Of a stretch of DNA of 64,000 bases, positions 10,146 to 18,954 are shown one piece after another. The stretch lies in the NCBI GenBank assembly GCA_038231275.1, contig JBBRLQ010000013.1:128001-192000 (forward strand), in the 5' to 3' direction. The notes under the pieces were generated by a model. That model was not told the origin of the DNA. It made no database searches and was given only the letters and a program-made list of their open reading frames with translations. Made by a program: the position numbers and the translations under genes. The DNA is from Polyangiales bacterium (lineage in GTDB: Bacteria > Myxococcota_A > Polyangia > Polyangiales > Polyangiaceae). Positions within the stretch are counted from its first letter, which is position 1, and each line of letters starts with the position of its first letter.

Positions 10146-11012
10146 GTGACCCCCACGACGACCGACGCGTTCGCCGCCGCCCGCGAGCAGTTCCTCGCGA
10201 TGGTGGAGGGCTTGCGCCCCGAGCTGCACCGCTACTGCGCGCGCCTCACCGGCTCCGTGATCGAGGGCGAGGACATCGTGCAGGACGCGCTCGCGAAGGC
10301 GTTCTACGCGCTCAGCCAGTCGCCGGAGGTCCCCCCTCTTCGCCCGTGGCTCTTTCGCATCGCGCACAACGCCGCGCTCGATTTCTTGAAGAGCCACGGC
10401 AAAAAATACACGGACGTCTCCGCGGAGCTCGACGACGTCGCCGCGTTCGACGAGCGCCCCGATCCCCTCGTCGTCCGCGCCGCGCTCGCCCGCTTCTTGA
10501 CGCTCCCGGTCACGCAACGCAGCGCAGTCATCTTGAAGGACGTCCTCGGGCACTCGCTCGAGGAGACGTCGGCGACGATGGAGACGACCATCATGGCGGT
10601 GAAGGCAGCTCTCGTCCGCGGACGGGCGAAGCTCCTCGAGCAGGAGAGGCAGGAAGATCTCGCCAAGGCGACGGCGCGCGCCGATCTCGACCGATACGCG
10701 ACCCTCTTCAACGCGCGCGACTGGGACGGCGTGCGCGCGCTCGTCGGCGAAGACTGCCGGCTCGATCTCGTGTCGAAATCGCAACGCCGCGGCAAGCAGG
10801 TCGGCATGTACTTCGGCAACTACGAGAAGGCGGACGTTTCCGTGCGGGTCGCGCGTCTCGAGGGAAACCTGGTCCTCGCCGCGACCCCGCCCGGCCCTGG
10901 CGCGCCGACGTACTTCATCCTGCTCGAGTTCGACGGCGGCCGCGTGACCAAAATTCGCGATTTTCGATACGTCCCGTACATCGCCGCCGAGGCCGAAATC
11001 GAGCCCGTTTAG
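10146..11012 (+). CDS. ECF sigma factor with C-terminal SnoaL-like extension
   Basis: LHRYCARLTGS...EDIVQD, WLFRIAHN, region 4 (QRSAVILKDV), extension FNARDWD. Confidence 0.85.
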   Translation: MTPTTTDAFAAAREQFLAMVEGLRPELHRYCARLTGSVIEGEDIVQDALAKAFYALSQSPEVPPLRPWLFRIAHNAALDFLKSHGKKYTDVSAELDDVAAFDERPDPLVVRAALARFLTLPVTQRSAVILKDVLGHSLEETSATMETTIMAVKAALVRGRAKLLEQERQEDLAKATARADLDRYATLFNARDWDGVRALVGEDCRLDLVSKSQRRGKQVGMYFGNYEKADVSVRVARLEGNLVLAATPPGPGAPTYFILLEFDGGRVTKIRDFRYVPYIAAEAEIEPV

Positions 11013-11018
11013 TGGCGA

Positions 11019-13340
11019 TCACGCTCCATTGCTCGGCGCGCGCGCGAGGACCTCGAGGCTGATCTTCCGGAAACGCACGTCGGCGTCGAGATCGGCCAGG
11101 ATCGCGATCAGGCCCCAGTACATCCGAAACGCGTACGCGAAGTCGGGATGAATCTGGAGCCCGTCTGCGACGAACGGACCCGACGGCGCCAGCGGCGCGA
11201 GCTCGCCGAGGAGCGCGGCCTTCGAGAGCTTCCGCGGCGCGTCGTCGCCGACCACGCTCGTGAGAAAGCGCGTGAGGAGCTGGGCCATCTTCGTGTAGGT
11301 CCGATCGGAGCCACCCGGCACGAACTGGAGGAGCTTGTGCCCGGCGAGGACGCGCGCCGGATCGCCCACGATCGTCCCCTCCAAGATCTCGCGCCAGCCG
11401 CCCGCTGCCTCGCCGCTCCACTCGCGGACGTTGCCGAAGTCGACGAGGCAGAGCGCGCTCTCCGAGAACAAGAGGTTGCCGGGGTGCATGTCGGTGTTGA
11501 ACGATCGCTCGACGATCGTGGTGCGGATCGCGTAGCGGAGCAGCGCCTCGGCCGCCCGGCTCCGCTGAGCTGGAGTCGCCGTCGCGACGAACTCCGCGAA
11601 CGTTTGCCCCTCGAAATACGTCGTCACGAGGACGCGCGCGGTGGTCAGCTCGTGATGGACGCGCGGGATGACGATCTCGCCGTCGTCGGCGAGGCGTTCA
11701 CGGAAGCGCGTCTGCGCCGCCGCCTCGCGGAGGTAGTCGCACTCGAGGAGCATGCGCTCGCGCAGCTCCGAGACGATGCCGGCGATGTTCCACCGCGGGA
11801 GCGTGCGCTGGACGAGCGGAACGATGAGCCGAAGCGCCCTGAAATCCCGCTCCATCCGGCCCGCCACGTTCGGATACTGCACCTTGATCGCGACGCGCTC
11901 GCCGCTTGGGAGGACGCCGCGGTGCACCTGCCCCACGCTGCCCGACGACAGCGGCGTCTCGTCGATCTCCGCGAACACCTCCGAGGCTCGTCGCTTCAGC
12001 TCGGACTCGAGGACGCCACGCACGACGTCGAACGGCACCGGCGCCGCATCGTCGTGCAGCGTGGCAAGGAGCGCGCGTGACTCCGCGGGCATCGGGACGC
12101 CGTAGAACGCCATCACCTGCCCGACCTTCATGAGCGGCCCCTTCAGCGCCGACAGGTGGTAGGCGAGGATCTCTACGTACGCTTCGATCGCCTCGTCCGG
12201 GCTCGCGTGCACGCGCCAGCGCGCTTTGAGAAGCTCGTAGCCGAGGCGCAGCGCGGAGGGCACGACGTCGGCATCAGGCCGTTCGTGCTCGGCGCGCGCC
12301 GTGGCCTTCGAGAGCGCGAGCGAATAGACGTCGGCGCTTGAACCATCGGTGATCGACAGCGACAGCGCCCGGTAACGCGCGGCGAGGCGGGTCCCTTCTT
12401 TGACTTGCTTGTGGCGAAGGAGCCATCGCGCGCCCGCCGCGACGCCGAGGAGCGACAACGCCGGATCGGACGCGTCGTCCACACCGTCGATCGCGCGAAT
12501 GAGCGCCTGCGTCCGCGACGTAAGCGGAAGCGACGCTTTGTCCGCCTTCTCGAGCGCGAGGGCGAGCGTCCACGCCGCCGGATCGCCCTCGCCCGACGCC
12601 GTCCTTCGCAGCGACGCCGCGGCGGGCAGCTCGGCGACGAGCGCCTTCGACGGGATCGCGCGCGCCCAAAGATAGAGCTCGAGCATCCGCGCCGGTGTTC
12701 GCGCGAGGGTGCCGAGGCGCAGCGCGCGCAAGATCTCCGCGGGAGACCCCTCTCGCATCGCGCGCACGCACGCCGTCTCCCACGCGAGCGCGTGATCGAA
12801 CCGCCCGCTCAAGCGCGACAGGCGCGCACCCGACAGGCTCGCCGCGCCACGATCGGTCGGCGCGCCGTCCGCGAACGCGCTCTCGAGGAGACGCAACGAG
12901 ACCTCGCTGCCTCCATCCAGGAGCGCGCGCGCCGGATCGCCGCTGGCCTCTGCGCCCTCCCACGGCGCCTCGCCGCTCGGCGACGCCGCGCGCGCGATCG
13001 CTTCGAGCGCCTCGTGAAGCTCGCTGAGGCGTGACCCGCGACGTCCGATGCCCACGCGACGCAGGCATCGCGTCGCCTCGGCGTGCAGTGCCTTCACCTC
13101 GTCGCGCCGCGATGGACCTTCGGACGCCGCGACCTCGAGCGCCGCCGCCGCGCGCGCGAATCGCGTGAGCTCACCGCGCAGCGACGACGCACCGGAGGCA
13201 CGCGCGCGCCGACCCGTCGTGAGCGCCGCCCCGAGGCCCACGAGCGCTACTTCGCGCCGCGCCGCATCGACCGCCGCCGCGACCGTGTCGCGCCGCCAGA
13301 CCTGCGCCCGCGAAGGCTCCCAGAAGTCGTCTTCTTGCAC
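11019..13340 (-). CDS. ABC1/AarF/UbiB-family atypical kinase with long N-terminal helical extension
   Basis: KGPLMKVGQ, SGSVGQVH, VAIKVQYP, D.HPGN, DFG; start approximate. Confidence 0.8.
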   Translation of the reverse strand: MQEDDFWEPSRAQVWRRDTVAAAVDAARREVALVGLGAALTTGRRARASGASSLRGELTRFARAAAALEVAASEGPSRRDEVKALHAEATRCLRRVGIGRRGSRLSELHEALEAIARAASPSGEAPWEGAEASGDPARALLDGGSEVSLRLLESAFADGAPTDRGAASLSGARLSRLSGRFDHALAWETACVRAMREGSPAEILRALRLGTLARTPARMLELYLWARAIPSKALVAELPAAASLRRTASGEGDPAAWTLALALEKADKASLPLTSRTQALIRAIDGVDDASDPALSLLGVAAGARWLLRHKQVKEGTRLAARYRALSLSITDGSSADVYSLALSKATARAEHERPDADVVPSALRLGYELLKARWRVHASPDEAIEAYVEILAYHLSALKGPLMKVGQVMAFYGVPMPAESRALLATLHDDAAPVPFDVVRGVLESELKRRASEVFAEIDETPLSSGSVGQVHRGVLPSGERVAIKVQYPNVAGRMERDFRALRLIVPLVQRTLPRWNIAGIVSELRERMLLECDYLREAAAQTRFRERLADDGEIVIPRVHHELTTARVLVTTYFEGQTFAEFVATATPAQRSRAAEALLRYAIRTTIVERSFNTDMHPGNLLFSESALCLVDFGNVREWSGEAAGGWREILEGTIVGDPARVLAGHKLLQFVPGGSDRTYTKMAQLLTRFLTSVVGDDAPRKLSKAALLGELAPLAPSGPFVADGLQIHPDFAYAFRMYWGLIAILADLDADVRFRKISLEVLARAPSNGA

Positions 13341-13519
13341 CCGCGCGTTCTCTCCCCTCGTGGACCGTTCGCCGAACGAAAATTCAGCGTAACCGCCGAA
13401 GAAGAGACGTGAAGTCGAAAATCCGATTTGTGCGAAATGGTGCGACAAACATCGACTGCTAGTTGGAAGCGGGTCGACGCCGCGTGGCGCTCGCATCCAC
13501 CTCGAAAAGGAGCTTCCCC

Positions 13520-13987
13520 ATGACCAAGAACGGCACCCCCAACGGCATGCACACGGTCACCGCCCACCTCGTCGTGAAGGGCGCGGCCAAGGCGATCGAG
13601 TTCTACAAGAAAGCGTTCGGCGCCGAGGAGGTCTACCGGCTGTCGACGCCGGACGGCAAGATCGCGCACGCCGAGATCCGCATCGGCGACTCGCCGATCT
13701 GGATCAGCGACGAGCAGCCGAACATGGGCGCGATCGCGCAGGCGAGCCCCGGCGCGACGACGCTTCATCTCTTCGTCGCGAAGGTCGATGAGGTGTACGC
13801 GCGCGCGCTCGACGCGGGCGCGAAGAGCGTGCTTCCGCCGACCGACATGTTCTGGGGCGCGCGCTACGGCCAGGTCGCCGACGCGTTCGGCCACCGGTGG
13901 TCGCTCGCGACGCAGACCCGCGAGGTCTCGGCGACCGAGATGCAAGACGCGATGAAGCGACAAGCCGCCGCACCCGCCACCGCCTGA
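13520..13987 (+). CDS. VOC/PhnB-like glyoxalase family protein
   Basis: AIEFYKKAFGA, HAEIRIGDS, DMFWG.RYG...D.FGH.W; AGGAG RBS. Confidence 0.9.
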   Translation: MTKNGTPNGMHTVTAHLVVKGAAKAIEFYKKAFGAEEVYRLSTPDGKIAHAEIRIGDSPIWISDEQPNMGAIAQASPGATTLHLFVAKVDEVYARALDAGAKSVLPPTDMFWGARYGQVADAFGHRWSLATQTREVSATEMQDAMKRQAAAPATA

Positions 13988-14021
13988 AGGCGACCGTCGC
14001 GAGCGAAAGCGGCAAGTCGTC

Positions 14022-14484
14022 GTAGCCGCGCCGATGTGTCGTCGGCGCGGCGCCGCCGTCGGACGATGGACGACTGGCGCGGCCGCGGAGCGAGGACGAT
14101 GCTCCGCGCGTGGGACGACGGCAAACGCGGGGCGAGTGGGAGCGGCTCATTGGCGAAGCCGAGGGCAGCTCGCTCGAGCAAACAGCGCGCAGACACGGTG
14201 TGCGGCCGAAGACGCTCGCGTGGTGGCGATGGCAGCTTCGGCGTGGCGGAGTCACGCGTAGCGCGACCAAGGGGATGCAGCCCGTGCCAGTTCGCGTTCG
14301 CGAGCACGTCGGGCCGGTCGTCGACGACATCCTCGAGGATGTCGTTTGGGGTGCGGTGATTCGCCTTCGAGTCGGCCAAGACGTCGCGTACGTCGCCTCG
14401 GCCGCCGTCGACATGCGCATGGGTCACGACGGCCTCTTCGCCGTCGTCCGCGAGAAGTGGAAGCGGGATCCGTTCACCCAGGCG
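14022..14484 (+). mobile_element. IS66-family relic: left end, tnpA-like ORF and fused tnpB fragment
   Basis: GTAGCCGCGCCG end resembling IS66 IRL; TnpA-like ARRHGV...TL.WWRWQL; TnpB-like VDMR.GHDGL..VV...W..DPF; no tnpC. Confidence 0.75.
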
Positions 14485-15507
14485 TTACCTGCAGACGTTC
14501 CCGACGCAATCCTTGCCGATTGGGCAGTCGGCCATGGCCGTGCATTGCGGGTGCGCTTCGCTGTACGAGCGACACACCTTGTCGAGACCGCAAGAGCGGA
14601 TGCGCAGGTCGATCTGGCTACACAGCGTGTCGTCGGTGCAAGGGTACTTGCAGAGGCCTTGGTTGCACTTCTCCCCGCCGGCCGTGTTGCACTGCGTATC
14701 GATCTGACAGTTCCGCTTCACGCGTGTGTCGGGCGCGCACGCGCCCTGGTCGCAGTAGTCGCCCGGGCCGCAGGGCTGGGTGTTCGTGCATGCGGCGGTG
14801 CAGTGACGGGCAACGCAGAACGGTGTCGTCGCCGAGCACTCGGCATTCGAGGTGCAGCTCGAGCCAGTCAGGTTCTTCTCGCACCCGCCCTTCACGCACG
14901 TGTCGTCGCCGGCGCAGCTTCCGGTCGCGCACGCGTCCTCGCACCTACCGCTCACGCAGACGCCGCCGCCGCAGTCGCTGTCGTACTTGCACACGTCTGC
15001 GCTCGACGTGCACCTACTGCTGACACAGGTGAGGAGGGCGCCGCAGTCACTGGGCTGCGTGCAGGCGCATGGGCCGTTCGTCCCGCCGCAGCTCTGGCAG
15101 GTGCCGTGGTCACATGCGTCGGCCAGGTTCCCACCTTCGGAGGGGTGGCCACCGTCGGTGCTCTCCGAGCAGTAGCCGGCAGTCTTGGCCGCGTTGAGAC
15201 CAGCCTCACAGCTCGCCTCGAAGGTGCTCGCCGACGCCGATTGTGCCAACCCATCGTCGATGCTGTGCTTGGCGGAGTCGCATGCTGCGGCGACTTGGGG
15301 TTGAGAACCGGCGATCTGTCCGCAGCACGTCAGGTAGGCGGTGCACGCCGGGCCAAGTCGACTGGCGGAGTCCTGGGACCCAGCGTCGCTCGCGACGGCG
15401 TAATAGTTGTTGGTGCTCGAACCACATGCCACCAAGACCGTCGGCACCAAGAAAAGTACGAGCTGCATCTGATTCGCGCTCTTCCCAGGAACACGCCGGC
15501 TTGACAT
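14485..15507 (-). CDS. Cys-rich secreted lipoprotein
   Basis: Lipobox LVAC then repeated C-x4-DC-x4-C-x-G-x-C units; alternative start 15468. Confidence 0.75.
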   Translation of the reverse strand: MSSRRVPGKSANQMQLVLFLVPTVLVACGSSTNNYYAVASDAGSQDSASRLGPACTAYLTCCGQIAGSQPQVAAACDSAKHSIDDGLAQSASASTFEASCEAGLNAAKTAGYCSESTDGGHPSEGGNLADACDHGTCQSCGGTNGPCACTQPSDCGALLTCVSSRCTSSADVCKYDSDCGGGVCVSGRCEDACATGSCAGDDTCVKGGCEKNLTGSSCTSNAECSATTPFCVARHCTAACTNTQPCGPGDYCDQGACAPDTRVKRNCQIDTQCNTAGGEKCNQGLCKYPCTDDTLCSQIDLRIRSCGLDKVCRSYSEAHPQCTAMADCPIGKDCVGNVCR

Positions 15508-15520
15508 GTCCCACCCGAGT

Positions 15521-15535
15521 GCATCACGTGTGCCG
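15521..15535 (-). promoter_or_regulatory. sigma54 (-24/-12) promoter
   Basis: CGGCAC-ACGTG-ATGC on minus strand, 13 nt before the ATG at 15507. Confidence 0.65.
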
Positions 15536-15578
15536 CAAACGGATTGAGGGATTTCCGACGGACACCGAGGCCAATCGA

Positions 15579-15613
15579 GCCTCACGATCTCGGAGGGCGC
15601 GGCGTGGTGAGGC
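15579..15613. promoter_or_regulatory. Putative bEBP enhancer (UAS) copy 1
   Basis: GCCTCAC-N21-GTGAGGC. Confidence 0.55.
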
Positions 15614-15655
15614 CTTCCCGGCCCCACCGACGAGCTGCGGGGCCGGGCGCGCTCG

Positions 15656-15695
15656 CGTCGTTGAACCGGCGGCGGGGGGTGCCGGTTCAACGACG
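15656..15695. terminator. Strong hairpin, likely terminator or insulator of the minus-strand operon
   Basis: Perfect 15-bp inverted repeat CGTCGTTGAACCGGC / GCCGGTTCAACGACG with 10-nt loop; no U-tract. Confidence 0.5.
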
Positions 15696-15790
15696 TCATC
15701 AGGATGAAAGACGCGCCGGCTGAGAAGGTACGAGCCCCGCGTAGTCATGGCGGAGTAGAAATGGAACTTCCGGTCAACCGCCGGCGGGCA

Positions 15791-16741
15791 TCACAGATTG
15801 AAGGGTCCCCGCATATCGGGAGCGCTCTGCGCGCCGAGCAGCAGGGGCAACCCCAGCATTTTCTCGGTCGCCGCCAACGCCGAATAGTGGTTGATCGGAG
15901 TGGTCACCACCGTGCCCCGTGGAACCGATGGCGAGATGACCACGTTGGGAATCGGGGATTCCTCATCCCAGATGATGAAGATCGCGGTGTTGTTGGACAG
16001 GTACGCAGGGCTCTTCAAGATCTGGGGTACTAGCGCCGCGAGGAAGTCGTTGCCGGCGGTGACCGAGCAGTCGTGCATGTCGTTGCAGAGGTTCGGGGTG
16101 ACAAGGCTGAACGCTGGTAGGTTGTCATTGACCAGAGCGTTGATGAACGCACCCGCGGTGGCGGAGCCGAAGATCACGTCGTCTTGCAGGCAGGCGGATT
16201 GGTCGGTGCCGCCCCACATGTACAGCGCTGGGTTGCCAATGAAGGCGTATTGGGTGCCACCGGAATAGGCGCACTTGGAAGGCATGCCCTCTTCATACGA
16301 TCTCTCCTTCAAGCCCTTGGCGCGGACCTGTCGAAAGAGGTTGTCGTTGTCGGTGTGCACCGTCGCCGACGGAGTGCAGCTGCAATTGAACCCGTCGAGT
16401 ACGGCGGAATCGGTGATCCCGGTGGCGAGGGCGATGTAATTGGGCAGCGAGTCGTAGGCTGCTCCGGCGTCGCTCCAATTGCTCGCGGACCCGCACTGCT
16501 TCGCCAAGCCGGAAATATAGGGCGCGGCGGCATTGCCGATGACCTGGCTGTAGGTCTTGTTCTCCATCATGATCCAGATGACGTGCTTGTAGTCCGGTGG
16601 CGTGCTGAGGATCCCGCATGGCGACGTGGCCGTGAGCGCAGGTTGCATAGATTGAACCGCCTCGTCGTCGGTTGGGCCGGGACCGCAGCCCAGGGCGACG
16701 ACAACCAGAACACAGCAGCGTGTGATTCTCGAGCTCATCAT
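15791..16741 (-). CDS. Phosphoesterase (acid phosphatase/PLC-like) lipoprotein
   Basis: HVIWIMMEN, SLPNYIAL, TPNLCNDMHD, IIWDE, HYS.L motifs. Confidence 0.85.
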   Translation of the reverse strand: MMSSRITRCCVLVVVALGCGPGPTDDEAVQSMQPALTATSPCGILSTPPDYKHVIWIMMENKTYSQVIGNAAAPYISGLAKQCGSASNWSDAGAAYDSLPNYIALATGITDSAVLDGFNCSCTPSATVHTDNDNLFRQVRAKGLKERSYEEGMPSKCAYSGGTQYAFIGNPALYMWGGTDQSACLQDDVIFGSATAGAFINALVNDNLPAFSLVTPNLCNDMHDCSVTAGNDFLAALVPQILKSPAYLSNNTAIFIIWDEESPIPNVVISPSVPRGTVVTTPINHYSALAATEKMLGLPLLLGAQSAPDMRGPFNL

Positions 16742-16772
16742 GTGGCCTCGCCGTCGTGTGAATTCGCTCACG

Positions 16773-17516
16773 TTAGTAGATCACCATGTTTAGAAGCGCC
16801 GATCCGGCCTCTTCGACCGACGCGCCGTACGCGATTGCCCGATAGAGGCCCGGCTGAAGGGTGACCACGGGCGTTCTGGTCAGATCGTTCCTGATGACCG
16901 CGCCCGTGGCGTCGTTGATCAGCTTGACGTAAATGGCAATACCCGCCCCTTCGAACAAGCCGTAGGCATTGAAGCTGACTACCGGCGTCAGATACGTCGT
17001 GAAAGCGATGTTCATTTCGCTCACAGGAACGCCTTTTGAATTTTTGACGTAACCTCTCACCGACGAGCCCTTTACATAGATGCCCTGACCATGTCCTGCG
17101 AGATAATCGACCTCCGCTCCCGAGGCATAATCTGGATTGCCTGGGGCGGTGCCAACCGTGACGACGGTGTAGTTTCCCGTGATCAAGTTCGTCGCGTAGT
17201 TCACGCACTGACTACTGAAATGTTGGAGCAGCGTCCCGGTCGAATCATAGAGATCGCCGGGGTTTCCGTGGCAATTTCCTTGATTCAACTCGATGCTTCC
17301 CGCTGTCGAAGAACCTGACTTACTGAGCGTCAAGCCTAGAACGATGTGTCCCGTGGAATCATTCAGATTGCTTCCCCCCGAGATGGCGGTGACGCTACTC
17401 GAGCCGCCCAATCCTGCGACGTCGTGGCCTAGGCCCACTTCATCTCCTTCCGCGGCACATGCAGAAATGAACGCAAGAAATGCGAGAGTGGCAACAACAG
17501 TGATTAGTTTCAGCAT
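16773..17516 (-). CDS. Hypothetical lipoprotein, visibly AT-richer
   Basis: Signal with ISAC lipobox; beta-rich sequence. Confidence 0.6.
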   Translation of the reverse strand: MLKLITVVATLAFLAFISACAAEGDEVGLGHDVAGLGGSSSVTAISGGSNLNDSTGHIVLGLTLSKSGSSTAGSIELNQGNCHGNPGDLYDSTGTLLQHFSSQCVNYATNLITGNYTVVTVGTAPGNPDYASGAEVDYLAGHGQGIYVKGSSVRGYVKNSKGVPVSEMNIAFTTYLTPVVSFNAYGLFEGAGIAIYVKLINDATGAVIRNDLTRTPVVTLQPGLYRAIAYGASVEEAGSALLNMVIY

Positions 17517-17636
17517 GAGTAGTTGTTTCTCGGGTTGGTTTGATGGGTACGAACGGCGCACCGTTGAAGGACGAGTGCGGTTTGGTCGTGAAAAATGGAC
17601 GGCCGGCGGACACCACGGCCGCCTCGACTGTCCAGC

Positions 17637-18812
17637 TCAGTGGCGAGGAACGCAGCTCGCCGACATCCCGTCGACGATCGCCGCGAGCGTCGGCGGATCG
17701 GAGTAGACGTCCTCGCCCGAGCACTTCCCGGCGACGCACTGGATCTCTTTGGTCGACGTGATCCGCGAGTTGTAAAACCAGCCGAGGCCGGCGGTCTCGT
17801 TCGGCGCGTTGCCGCAGTAGAAGAAGCTGAGCGGCGTCTTCGGGTAGTCGTAGATCGCTCCCGGCGAGACCACGCTGTCGGCGGCGAAGCGCGCGAGCTC
17901 CTGCGGGTTTGGCGAGCCCGCGCACGTGCTAGTTCCCTCGATCTTGTTCAAGAGGGGCACCGCGAAGGTCACGTACGCGATGGGCGCGTTCGCGATGGGC
18001 GTCGGCGCACCCGGACACATCGTGATGGGCGGACCGGCGTAGGTCGACGGCGCGCAACCGTAGTCGATTCGCCCAAAGGGCGATCCCGCGGTGAGCAAGG
18101 CGTAGTCGAGCGTGTCACCGAGGCCGTAGTGCGCCATCGCGTAACTGATCGCGCCGGAGCCGGCAGAGTGCCCGATGGCGCAGAATCCCGCGGTTCGGCT
18201 CTTGCCGTGCGGCTGCGAAAACGCCCAACGGAACAGCGTCGCCGGACGACACGCGGCGGCGAGCGCGCTGTTCGCGACGGCCGAGACCTCCCAGTCGGTG
18301 GCCCATGCTGGCTGCACTGTGCGCATGCCCTTGGCCACGAGGCTTGCCGCGACGCCGTTCTGGTTGAAGAACGCCGTGCCGCCGACGCCGTTGTGGAGGA
18401 CGACGGTTGCACCCGATCCCCCGGGCGGTTCCGTCACCGCAACGGTCGCCGCGATGTCCTCGACCCCTGGGCACTGAACCGTCAGCCGCGTGCACGTGGC
18501 ACCGGCGGGACTGCCCGCGGACTTGGGGCAGGTCACCGTCGTGGCGCCCATTGTCGTTCCCGACGGCAGCACCACGCCGCCGCCGGCGCCGGGCCCGGTG
18601 TCGTCGCTGCCGGCGTCCGTGCCGCCACTCCCGTCGGGCGCAGGGCTTCCGAGATCGGAGCCGGCGTCGACGGTTTGGGCGCCGCCCTCCTCGTTGACCA
18701 CGCTCGGTCCGCCGTGCTCATCGGAGGTGCCCGCGGTCGCGCCGCTACATCCCAGCGCGCAGCATGCGAGGATCGACGGCGCCAGAAGAGCGAAGGACCT
18801 GCGATTGGGCAT
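17637..18812 (-). CDS. Cys-rich lipoprotein with alpha/beta-hydrolase-like GxSxG motif (paralog A)
   Basis: Lipobox ALGC; GHSAGSG; aligns by eye with 24104..25261. Confidence 0.75.
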   Translation of the reverse strand: MPNRRSFALLAPSILACCALGCSGATAGTSDEHGGPSVVNEEGGAQTVDAGSDLGSPAPDGSGGTDAGSDDTGPGAGGGVVLPSGTTMGATTVTCPKSAGSPAGATCTRLTVQCPGVEDIAATVAVTEPPGGSGATVVLHNGVGGTAFFNQNGVAASLVAKGMRTVQPAWATDWEVSAVANSALAAACRPATLFRWAFSQPHGKSRTAGFCAIGHSAGSGAISYAMAHYGLGDTLDYALLTAGSPFGRIDYGCAPSTYAGPPITMCPGAPTPIANAPIAYVTFAVPLLNKIEGTSTCAGSPNPQELARFAADSVVSPGAIYDYPKTPLSFFYCGNAPNETAGLGWFYNSRITSTKEIQCVAGKCSGEDVYSDPPTLAAIVDGMSASCVPRH

Positions 18813-18825
18813 GTCCGATCACGAA

Positions 18826-18840
18826 GCACCATGTGTGCCG
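18826..18840 (-). promoter_or_regulatory. sigma54 (-24/-12) promoter
   Basis: CGGCAC-ACATG-GTGC on minus strand, 13 nt before the ATG at 18812. Confidence 0.65.
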
Positions 18841-18879
18841 CTCTGGATCGGCGAAATTAGGCCCGCGATCGGGGTCCCA

Positions 18880-18922
18880 AGAGCCTCACGCGGGCCTCGC
18901 GGTGCACACGTCGTGAGGCTCT
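18880..18922. promoter_or_regulatory. Putative bEBP enhancer (UAS) copy 2
   Basis: AGAGCCTCACG-N21-CGTGAGGCTCT, perfect 11-bp arms (core GCCTCAC-N23-GTGAGGC). Confidence 0.6.
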
Positions 18923-18954
18923 TTCGGCCCCTGGACTTCGCGTCGTCCTCCTGC

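Noticed and set aside
14110..15504. 464-aa ORF as one real gene
   Set aside because: IS66 relic reading through into the antisense of the Cys-rich lipoprotein gene
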